This document shows, one piece after another, positions 1-6,919 of a DNA stretch of 64,000 bases; position 1 is the stretch's first letter; every line of letters begins with the position of its first letter. The notes beneath the pieces are model-generated. The model had not been told where the DNA came from. It was given only the letters and a program-made list of their open reading frames with translations, and did no database searches. The translations under genes were made by a program, and so were the position numbers. The stretch is from Minisyncoccota bacterium (GTDB lineage: Bacteria; Patescibacteriota; Minisyncoccia; Phycocordibacterales; CSBR16-119), in NCBI GenBank assembly GCA_041389065.1, contig JAWKSM010000002.1, forward strand, positions 1,556 to 65,555, read 5' to 3'.

Positions 1-1240
1 CAGTATTTCTTTCTTTTGCTAATCTTAAAACGTCATCTGGGATTTCTTCTTTTTTCCAAGTTTTCATTCCAAGCCCAAGAACTTCATCAAAATTTAAAAG
101 AGTCGCCTTTTTGTCGGCTGGAGAAATTTTTTCATCTTTTGCAACTTTCCACATGACACCAAGAGCTTCGCTTGTGTTTAGGTCATCGTTCATCGATTCT
201 TCAAACATATTTTTATATAATTCTGAAATCGCACCTTGATGAGGAAGAGACAAGAAAAGAGTTTTTAGTTTTTTCAAAGCTTGTTTTGCAGAATCCAAAC
301 TTTCCCAAGTGAAATTTAAAATAGTTCTGTAGTTTGCTTGAAGAAGAAGGTATCTGTAATCAATAGCCGAAAAACCCTTATTTTCTAAGTCATTTAGACG
401 ATAATCATTTTTGAGTGATTTAGACATTTTCTTTCCGTCGATCAAAAGATGTTCATTGTGAAGCCAATAATTTACAAAATGTTCACCAGACGCACACTCT
501 GATTGAGCGATTTCATTTTCGTGATGAGGAAAAACTAAATCCACTCCGCCAGTATGAATGTCGAAATGATTTCCTAAATATTTTGTAGACATTGCCGAAC
601 ATTCAATATGCCAACCAGGTCTTCCGCGACCAAGTGGCGTGTCCCAATAAACTTCGCCATCTGTTTCGTCCCAGGCTTTCCAAAGTGCAAAGTCCTCAGC
701 GTTTTCTTTATCGTATTCATCTTTTTTAATTCTACTTTGTGATTTTTCTTTTATTTTTTCTAAATCAAGACCAGAAAGTTTTCCGTATTTTTTAAATTTT
801 TGAATATTGAAATATATCGAATCATCTTCACCTTTGTATGCGAAATCTTTGTCCAAAAGTTCTTCTGTCATGGAAACCATTTCTTTAATATGGTCTGTTG
901 CTTTTGGTTGTTTTGTTGGAGGAAGAACGTTTAATTTGCCAAGCTCTTTATTGAACTCTTCTGTGTAGTATTCTGTAAAATCAAGCAAACTTTCTCCTTT
1001 TGCGACAGAGTCGCGGATTGTTTTGTCGTCGACGTCTGTTATGTTCATTATGTGCATTACATCAAAACCAGAATATTTTAGATATCTTTTTAAAATATCT
1101 GCGAAAATAAATGCTCGATAGTTTCCAATGTGAGGGTAGTTGTAAACTGTTGGTCCGCAAGAATACATTCCAACATGACCTTCTTTTATTGGTTTAAAAA
1201 ACTCTTCTTTTTTTGTTAGAGAATTGTAGATCTTTAGCAT
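1..1240 (-). CDS. cysS: Cysteinyl-tRNA synthetase, C-terminal end cut by window edge
   Basis: Not in the ORF track because it runs off the window. Hand translation from the ATG (complement of 1238-1240) gives MLKIYNSLTKKKEEFF...MYSCGPTVYNYPHIGN...GRPGWHIECSAM...FPHHENEIAQSE...KMSKSLKN. These are class I HIGH-type and KMSKS motifs in a CysRS context. Confidence 0.9.
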   Translation of the reverse strand, partial: MLKIYNSLTKKEEFFKPIKEGHVGMYSCGPTVYNYPHIGNYRAFIFADILKRYLKYSGFDVMHIMNITDVDDKTIRDSVAKGESLLDFTEYYTEEFNKELGKLNVLPPTKQPKATDHIKEMVSMTEELLDKDFAYKGEDDSIYFNIQKFKKYGKLSGLDLEKIKEKSQSRIKKDEYDKENAEDFALWKAWDETDGEVYWDTPLGRGRPGWHIECSAMSTKYLGNHFDIHTGGVDLVFPHHENEIAQSECASGEHFVNYWLHNEHLLIDGKKMSKSLKNDYRLNDLENKGFSAIDYRYLLLQANYRTILNFTWESLDSAKQALKKLKTLFLSLPHQGAISELYKNMFEESMNDDLNTSEALGVMWKVAKDEKISPADKKATLLNFDEVLGLGMKTWKKEEIPDDVLRLAKERNT

Positions 1241-1241
1241 T

Positions 1242-2201
1242 TTATAGCCACTTCTTATTTTTAAAATATACAAACATTGTCAGTCCAGTCAAAACCATCG
1301 CACCAATAACAATAAACAAATCTTCTGCTGATTGTATAAGTATTAAATCTTCAACAACATTCATACCAAAAACTCCGGTGATAAGTGTGATTGGAAGCAT
1401 TATGAAAGTCATAATCGTCAGGGTTTTTACGGTTTCGTTTGTTTTTGTTGTTAGGAGTGTGTCGTTTGTTTCTCGCATGTCGTTTAGAATTTCTTTATAC
1501 CAAGAAACAGTGCTGTTTACTTTGTTGTATTCACTGACAATCATGCTCATGTTAAAAGAAAATCCACTTCCAAACATTTCAGTTCCGATTGGTTCAAGAG
1601 ATTTTATTATATCGTCATGAAAACTGAGCGCTTTTTTAAATCTGATGATTTTTCTGTTTACATACGAAAGACTGTTCACGGCGTCACGTTCTTTGTTGTC
1701 GAAAATGTCACTTTCGATTTTTTCCAAGTTTACGCCAATTCCGTCGAGGTCGTTGTCTAGCGCTTTGTACAAATTTTTCAAAATATAGAAAAACAAAAAA
1801 CCTGGATTTTCACCAATCCTGTTTGATTCTAGAGATTCACTATTTTCAAATATTTTTCCGAAAGATAAAAATGGTTCTATCTCTTGATAGTGCGCTGTGA
1901 TTAGAAAATTTTTTCCAATAACAAAATCAATTTCTTTTTCAGCGACAATTTTTTCTTTTTTATCAAAAAACGGGAAGTGTAAAACCAAATAAATCACCCC
2001 TTCTTTTCCGTAGAAGTCTACTTTTGACTTTAGGGTTTCTGTTAAAAGCTCTTCTCCAGCAGCTTTTGGTATGGAGTATTCTGAGACTGTTTCGAGTATC
2101 TCATTTCGGGTCGGCTTTTCGATATCAATCCAAGTGATATTTTTGTGCTTGTATTTAGAAATCATGCTGATTAAATTATATCTTAAATTTTCAAACTCCA
2201 C
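1242..2201 (-). CDS. corA: CorA-family magnesium/cobalt transporter
   Basis: 319 aa ORF. C-terminal TM pair carries the GMN signature (ITGVFGMNV). Confidence 0.85.
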   Translation of the reverse strand: MEFENLRYNLISMISKYKHKNITWIDIEKPTRNEILETVSEYSIPKAAGEELLTETLKSKVDFYGKEGVIYLVLHFPFFDKKEKIVAEKEIDFVIGKNFLITAHYQEIEPFLSFGKIFENSESLESNRIGENPGFLFFYILKNLYKALDNDLDGIGVNLEKIESDIFDNKERDAVNSLSYVNRKIIRFKKALSFHDDIIKSLEPIGTEMFGSGFSFNMSMIVSEYNKVNSTVSWYKEILNDMRETNDTLLTTKTNETVKTLTIMTFIMLPITLITGVFGMNVVEDLILIQSAEDLFIVIGAMVLTGLTMFVYFKNKKWL

Positions 2202-2298
2202 CTTCTAAAATAAGGGTTTTTGGGGATATCTACAGGTTTTTAATTTCTGGGTAATAAAGGGTTGCATTTTTTCTAAAATAGGTTAGAATGGTCCCCAT

Positions 2299-2613
2299 AT
2301 GAAATTCGCAGTAATTAGAACTGGAGGAAAACAATATAAAGTTTCAGAAGGAGGGTTTTTGAAAATCGAAAAACTTTCTGGTGAATTCAAAGAAGGGGAC
2401 AAGATTGTCTTCGATGATGTTTTGATGGTTGATGATGGAAAATCTACAAACATTGGAACTCCAAAGTTAGCAAACAAAGTTGAAGCTACACTTGAAAAAA
2501 TTGATCGAGAAGATAAAGTTACAGTTATAAAATACAAAGCAAAAAGTAACTATTTTAAAAAGCGAGGTCACAGACAACCATTTTTCAAAGTTAAAATTGC
2601 GAAAATCTCTTAA
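2299..2613 (+). CDS. rplU: 50S ribosomal protein L21
   Basis: MKFAVIRTGGKQYKVSEG... is a typical L21 N-terminus; 104 aa. TTGCAT (2262-2267), 16 nt, TAGAAT (2284-2289) sits only 9 nt before the ATG, so the leader is very short. Confidence 0.93.
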   Translation: MKFAVIRTGGKQYKVSEGGFLKIEKLSGEFKEGDKIVFDDVLMVDDGKSTNIGTPKLANKVEATLEKIDREDKVTVIKYKAKSNYFKKRGHRQPFFKVKIAKIS

Positions 2614-2616
2614 ATC

Positions 2617-2643
2617 AAAAAATCCCCAGAAGGGGATTTTTTG
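2617..2643 (+). terminator. Intrinsic terminator after rplU
   Basis: AAAAATCCCC-AGAA-GGGGATTTTTT hairpin plus T-run. Confidence 0.8.
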
Positions 2644-2644
2644 A

Positions 2645-2672
2645 TTGACATATATGTTGTGGGAAGTATGAT
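2645..2672 (+). promoter_or_regulatory. Sigma70-type promoter of GC-rich cassette A1/A2
   Basis: TTGACA (2645-2650), 16 nt, TATGAT (2667-2672). The ATG at 2681 is 8 nt after the -10, implying a leaderless or 1-2 nt leader mRNA. Confidence 0.55.
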
Positions 2673-2680
2673 TAAGTTAG

Positions 2681-3061
2681 ATGAAAAAGCTCCTGGTTCT
2701 TTTCACGTTTGCCCTTTGTCTCTGGGTTAATGAGACTAGCGCACAGTCTTCCTGTCCAGCTGAAGAAGATGTTCCATTTCTGGATGTGCAGAGCATCCAA
2801 GATGGGGGTGTCGTCAAAGGTGTGATCATCAAGTACAACGGCTTCCTTAGCTCGGTACAAGAGGTTCGCATTCAGACGAAATCCTGTGAAGACATCGTTC
2901 TTACGAACATCAAGATGAAGCGTAATAGCGCTGGCGAAAAAGCCGTGTTCATACCCGGCAATAAGTTCACCAGTGGTGAGAACAATTCTGTCCTTTACGA
3001 AGGGCACGACATTCTCCGCGTCACATTCGTGTGTGACGACTTGAAGGCCTCAGCTATGTGA
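2681..3061 (+). CDS. Hypothetical small secreted protein (GC-rich cassette A1)
   Basis: 126 aa with N-terminal signal-like MKKLLVLFTFALCLWVNETSAQ. Codons are mostly G/C-ending (ctc, ctg, ttc, atc, aag, ggc), unlike neighbours. A sampled line is about 48% GC. Confidence 0.65.
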   Translation: MKKLLVLFTFALCLWVNETSAQSSCPAEEDVPFLDVQSIQDGGVVKGVIIKYNGFLSSVQEVRIQTKSCEDIVLTNIKMKRNSAGEKAVFIPGNKFTSGENNSVLYEGHDILRVTFVCDDLKASAM

Positions 3062-3168
3062 AGTTGGAGTTTGGAAGCATCAATCACTACGCAGAGGAGA
3101 GCCTCGCCAAACGGTGGGGCTTTTCTATTGATAAATATCACATTTTGTGTTATTTTGTTTTAAAACCC

Positions 3169-3645
3169 ATGACCATGAAGAACCTGTTCTTTCTCGTGAT
3201 GATGATGATCGCATTTACCTGGCCGAACAGCTTGGAAGCGCAACACTTGGTGCAAACAGCACCAAACTCCGAAAGTTGGACCATGCCTCCCACTACAACT
3301 CCAGGGCCCTTGTTTGTCTTCGACAACGACACGGAGGTCGAGATCTTACCAAGTGAAGACAACAAGCGTGTGAAGTCGATCGTTCTCAATATGCCAGACT
3401 CAAGATGGCAGGAGATACATGATTCAAATCCATTCCAATTATTGTCGATTGAATTCCTGTTGGCTGATGGGGGGACTATTCCAGCAGCCAATGTCGAGAT
3501 GCCAAAAGACATGAAAGGGGTTTTCACTATCCCCGGAAATGGAATGTTGGTTTTGAAGGATGGTGAGTTCTGCATTGGAAACCGTCCAGTGAAGCGTATA
3601 CAGCTTGCGAAAATTCAGATCGCTGAGAGTCAATCTACTCAGTAG
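3169..3645 (+). CDS. Hypothetical small secreted protein (GC-rich cassette A2)
   Basis: The ORF track starts at 3058, but the internal ATG at 3169 (or 3175) begins signal-like MTMKNLFFLVMMMIAFTWPNSLEAQ. TTGATA (3128-3133), 17 nt, TATTTT (3151-3156) lies upstream. Confidence 0.6.
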   Translation: MTMKNLFFLVMMMIAFTWPNSLEAQHLVQTAPNSESWTMPPTTTPGPLFVFDNDTEVEILPSEDNKRVKSIVLNMPDSRWQEIHDSNPFQLLSIEFLLADGGTIPAANVEMPKDMKGVFTIPGNGMLVLKDGEFCIGNRPVKRIQLAKIQIAESQSTQ

Positions 3646-3663
3646 GTATTGAACCCCACTTAG

Positions 3664-3696
3664 GGCCCCGCCATTTCTGGCGGGGCTTTCATTTTT
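3664..3696 (+). terminator. Intrinsic terminator after cassette A2
   Basis: GGCCCCGCC-ATTTCT-GGCGGGGC followed by TTTCATTTTT. Confidence 0.8.
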
Positions 3697-3720
3697 AATT
3701 ATTTTGGGAATTTTATATGC

Positions 3721-3748
3721 TTGACAAAAGACCTATATTGTGTATAAT
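3721..3748 (+). promoter_or_regulatory. Sigma70-type promoter of cassette A3
   Basis: TTGACA (3721-3726), 16 nt, TATAAT (3743-3748). Both hexamers match consensus. Confidence 0.65.
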
Positions 3749-3793
3749 ATAGTTAAACAACCCTCTTACCGGGGATAAATACAGAACAAGGAC

Positions 3794-4171
3794 ATGAAGC
3801 ACATTTTTTTCTTTTCCGTGATGTTCGCAATGGTGAACGTCGTATTCGCTCAACAGGATGTACCCGAAGATGGTTTCGGGTTGCCTGTACTGGATTCTTC
3901 TCCGCAAGTGTTCTCACACGAGAGCATCTGCTATACGGATCCCAAGGAGGACATTTGCGAGGTGACGATTCGTTGCCAAACGGATGTTTTCCCAGTCGAG
4001 TTCATCCAGGGTGAAAAAGTTCTCTTCCGGTTGGAGGAGATGCCCAAGGACTCTCTGGTTGTCATCCAAGGAGTGAAGTACACTCCACTTGCGAACGGCT
4101 GGAAATATCAACTGGATTTGAAGAATCCTGTTGGTCGAACAGTCCTCTTGATTCAAAGGGGCGGTGCATGA
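3794..4171 (+). CDS. Hypothetical small secreted protein (GC-rich cassette A3)
   Basis: 125 aa with signal-like MKHIFFFSVMFAMVNVVFAQ. AAGGA lies 2 nt before the ATG. It has its own promoter and terminator. Confidence 0.65.
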   Translation: MKHIFFFSVMFAMVNVVFAQQDVPEDGFGLPVLDSSPQVFSHESICYTDPKEDICEVTIRCQTDVFPVEFIQGEKVLFRLEEMPKDSLVVIQGVKYTPLANGWKYQLDLKNPVGRTVLLIQRGGA

Positions 4172-4189
4172 CGGGTGGTGAAGTTGGTG

Positions 4190-4226
4190 GGGGTTGCAGT
4201 GCAGGCTGCGACCCCTTTTCTTTTTA
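4190..4226. terminator. Convergent (bidirectional) terminator between cassette A3 and recR
   Basis: GGGGTTGCAG-TGCAGG-CTGCGACCCC (one G-U pair) followed by TTTTCTTTTT. It overlaps the recR stop codon. Confidence 0.75.
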
Positions 4227-4826
4227 TCTCCTATTATCAAAAGCGCTTAAGAAAGTATCTTTGTCGGAATATTCGAGCTCAGTTCCTGTTGAAAGTCCAC
4301 GACCCAAAACAGAAATTTTAATGTTAAATTTCTCGAGTATTTTTTGTAAATATTCCAAAGTGTTTTCTCCTTGCGGGTTTACACTCAGCGCCAAAATAAT
4401 TTCTTTTAAATTATCTTTTTTCTTTTCGATAATTTTTAGAAGTTCTGTCTCGCGAATGTATTGAGTTGGCTCTTTTGAGAGAACTGGCACTGATCCCCCT
4501 AAAACAAAATACTTTCCGTTATAAACTGACATTTTTTCAATATTTTCTAGGTCAGAATCTTTTTCTACAATCATTAATTTTGAATTATCTCTGTTTTCAT
4601 CACGCGCGATAGGCGAGAGAGTTTGTCCAGATTCTGAATAAAAAAACTGAAAACTTTCTTCACAAAGTCTGATATTTTTCTTTAAATTTAATATTGCTTC
4701 TGAAAGCTCTTTTCCGTAAACAGAATTTTTTCGCAAAAGAAAATAAACAAAACGTTTTGCTTGCCGTTTTCCAACACCCGGGAATTTTTCAAAAAGTTCT
4801 GCTAATTTTTCAATAGAATTTGTCAT
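4224..4826 (-). CDS. recR: Recombination protein RecR (atypical: Cys4 zinc finger not evident)
   Basis: HhH-like LAELFEKFPGVGKRQAKRFVYFLL and Toprim-like LMIVEKDSDLENIEK...YFVLGG. Start chosen at the MTNSIEK methionine, which abuts the dnaB stop. Only one Cys sits where RecR normally has CxxC...CxxC. Confidence 0.7.
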   Translation of the reverse strand: MTNSIEKLAELFEKFPGVGKRQAKRFVYFLLRKNSVYGKELSEAILNLKKNIRLCEESFQFFYSESGQTLSPIARDENRDNSKLMIVEKDSDLENIEKMSVYNGKYFVLGGSVPVLSKEPTQYIRETELLKIIEKKKDNLKEIILALSVNPQGENTLEYLQKILEKFNIKISVLGRGLSTGTELEYSDKDTFLSAFDNRR

Positions 4827-4827
4827 T

Positions 4828-6230
4828 TTAAAAATCGTTAAACGCACTTTCGGCACCAGAATCTGTCACCGCGCTATATCCTTCCATATGTTTTTCAATA
4901 GAAAGGAAAGTCGAGTTCTTTTCGTCGAAATACAAATCAGCTTTTCCAAGCGGACCATTTCTGTGTTTTTCGATAAGAACTTCTGTCATTCCGTTACTTT
5001 CTGTGTCTGATCTGGTGTTTCCGGCTCGGTCTTCTCGGTGAATAAACATAACAACATCGGCGTCTTGCTCGATCGAACCAGAGTCTCGAAGGTCAGAAAG
5101 ACGAGGTTTTCCGCCACGAGATTCAACGGCACGAGAAAGCTGTGAAAGTGCCAAAACAGGAACATCGAGTTCACGAGCCAAACCTTTTAGTGATCGTGAA
5201 ATTTCAGTAACTTGGTTTACCATTGAATCGTAGTTTTTACTTGTCATCATAAGTTGAAGGTAGTCAACAACAATCAAATCAAGTCCGTGTTCACTTTTCA
5301 TTTTTCTTGCGACTGATTTCATTTTCATTATTGAGTTTCCAGCTTGATCATCGATAAATATCTTTGCTTTTGAAAGTTCGCTCAAAGCTTCTTGAAGTGC
5401 TCCAAAATCTTGTTCGGCAGAAAGTTTTCCCGTTCGAAGTTTCCAAGCGTTCACTTTTGATTGTGCGGCGAGCATTCTTTGAGTTAGTTGGTTCGCACTC
5501 ATTTCGAGTGAGAATATTGCCACAGAAGATCCGTGTTTTGTTGCAGAGTTTCGAGCAATATCAAGAGCCAAAGTTGTCTTACCGACAGATGGTCTGGCTG
5601 CGAGAATAATCAAGTCAGATTTTTGAAGTCCAGCTAAAATGTTGTCTATTGAAGGATATCCAGTCGGCACACCTCTCATTCCACCTTTGCTTTCTTGTAA
5701 TTTTTCAAGTTCTTCCCAAGTTTCGTGAAGAGATTGTTTAATACTTACAAATTTTTTATCTCCACCGCCGGCATTTGTCACAGCAAAAACTTTTTTCTCG
5801 ACAGTGTCTAAAATATCTTCTACTTCATCGGCATTTTCTGCAAAAGCTGTTTCTGCCATAAATTCTCCAGCTTCGATTAATTTTCGAAGTACGTGTTTTT
5901 TGTGAACTATTCCCGCATAGTGTTTTATGTTTGTCGACGCCGGAACAGAATTTGTGAGTTCAATAATATATGATCTTCCGCCCACAGTTTCGAGCTGACT
6001 TTTTTCTTTTAGTTTTGTTGTAACAGAAAGTAAGTCTATTGGCTCGTTTTTGTTAAAGAGGTCGAGCATTGCTTTGTAGATTATTCGATGCTTTTCAGCA
6101 TAAAAAGAATCAGCGAAAATTGTGTCGATTATTTCGTTTAGTGCATCTGGGCGAAACGTATAGAACCCAAAACAGCTTTTTCTGAATCGAGACTATTTGG
6201 AGGTATTCTCATGTTTGATTGATTACTCAT
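4828..6230 (-). CDS. dnaB: Replicative DNA helicase DnaB, with the N-terminal ~25 codons in another frame (1-nt indel near 6150-6165)
   Basis: The 413 aa ORF has Walker A (ARPSVGKTTLALDIA) and DnaB C-terminal motifs. Upstream hand translation gives MSNQSNMRIPPNSLDSEKAVLGSI..., and after a frame change ...PDALNEIIDTIFADSFYAEKHRIIYKAMLDL, which is the normal DnaB N-terminus. Confidence 0.88.
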
Positions 6231-6293
6231 TGGTCTGATTTTAGCACAATAGTCGCCTCAAATCTTTCGGTGGGGAAAGAGTGGAAAAAGGTA

Positions 6294-6505
6294 TTGACAA
6301 TTTTATTAAAATAGTTTAAAAAGTGTATCCTAATCAAAAACGGACCAAATGCAGATAAGACCGCCGTGAATGTTCTTTTAGGTGTTTCCAATATTGGACA
6401 GAGGTCAAGGTTTGGGAGAACCTTGGGTTTTGGTAAAGGTATTCGGAAAACCGCCAATGCGACTTACCTGACAAGGGGCTCTAAAAGGGCCCCTTTGTTA
6501 TTTTT
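6294..6505 (+). ncRNA. Candidate small RNA unit U0 (promoter to terminator, no credible ORF)
   Basis: TTGACA at 6294-6299. GC-rich body with hairpin CAAGGTT-TGGGAG-AACCTTG. Terminator AGGGGC...GCCCCT (6474-6494) plus TTGTTATTTTT. Divergent from dnaB. The longest ATG ORF is 6 codons. Confidence 0.35.
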
Positions 6506-6513
6506 ATAAATGC

Positions 6514-6711
6514 TTGACAAATATTTTGGATATGATATACTCTATTTTGTAATAGTACTTCGCTGCATGGCAGCCACAAGGTTTAATCACTCACAAACCG
6601 GCTATAGGCCATAATAACAAAGCTCTGTCCGCATACCCAGAGAATCCCGGAGTTCTCTGATGGGCTTACTAGCCCAACGGAACCCCGCCACATTGGTCGG
6701 GGTTCTTTTTT
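6514..6711 (+). ncRNA. Candidate small RNA unit U1 (promoter to terminator)
   Basis: TTGACA (6514-6519), 16 nt, TGaTATACT extended -10 (6533-6541). Hairpins GCTGC-ATG-GCAGC and CAGAGAA-TCCCGGA-GTTCTCTG. Terminator GAACCCCG...CGGGGTTC (6680-6705) plus T6. Only a 15-codon ORF with no context. Confidence 0.4.
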
Positions 6712-6730
6712 CATTTATTTCTATGAGCGC

Positions 6731-6892
6731 TTGACAAATATTTTGAATATGATATACTTTATGCAGTAATAAAAAGTTCTTAACACAGGTTATCTCAGCA
6801 CGTGTCCAATTTTGGCCGGATTAATGTGTGCATTAATACCTTTCTTCCTATGGAACCCCGTTGCGCAAGCGACGGGGGTTCTTTTCGTTTTT
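6731..6892 (+). promoter_or_regulatory. Unit U2: promoter, ~125-nt leader and intrinsic terminator directly upstream of trpS (candidate attenuator/leader RNA)
   Basis: The promoter is nearly identical to that of U1 (TTGACAAATATTTTGAATATGATATACT). Hairpin GGATTAATG-TGTG-CATTAATACC. Terminator GAACCCCGT...ACGGGGGTTC (6853-6881) plus a T-run ends 27 nt before the trpS ATG. UGGAACCCCG sits at the 5' foot of the stem. Confidence 0.45.
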
Positions 6893-6919
6893 ATATAGGT
6901 ATCTGATAAAATATTAAGT

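Noticed and set aside
6227-6457. A 76 aa minus-strand ORF upstream of dnaB.
   Set aside because: - It begins inside the U0 candidate RNA and runs into the true dnaB start.
- The real dnaB N-terminus (MSNQSNMRIPPNSLDSEKAVLGS) starts at 6230, with a TGcTAAAAT extended -10 box just upstream of it.
6514-6760. Repeated ~30-nt sequences at 6514 and 6731, considered as a possible CRISPR or tandem-repeat array.
   Set aside because: - There are only two adjacent copies.
- Each is a complete -35/-10 promoter followed by a terminator-bounded unit.
- There is no regular repeat-spacer periodicity and there are no cas genes.
6294-6892. Tested whether U0/U1/U2 are known housekeeping RNAs (SRP/4.5S, 6S, 5S, tmRNA, RNase P) or a fluoride riboswitch.
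   Set aside because: - No GGAA-tetraloop/AGCAGC SRP core is present. U1 has only GGCAGCCACAAGG.
- There is no GAGGAAAGTCC RNase P motif.
- There are no tRNA-like tmRNA ends.
- There are no 5S CCGAAC/GAGAGTAGG motifs.
- The crcB-like strings (AACCGCC, CTGATGG) occur in the wrong order.
- The class of these RNAs remains unknown.
6826-6903. A leader-peptide attenuation model for trpS: a 24-codon ORF (MCALIPFFLWNPVAQATGVLFVFI) with a single Trp codon at the foot of the terminator.
   Set aside because: - There is only one Trp codon.
- The ORF runs straight through the terminator stem, so translation would disrupt the terminator regardless of Trp supply.
- There is no start context.
- U1 has the same 3' module with CGG in place of TGG.
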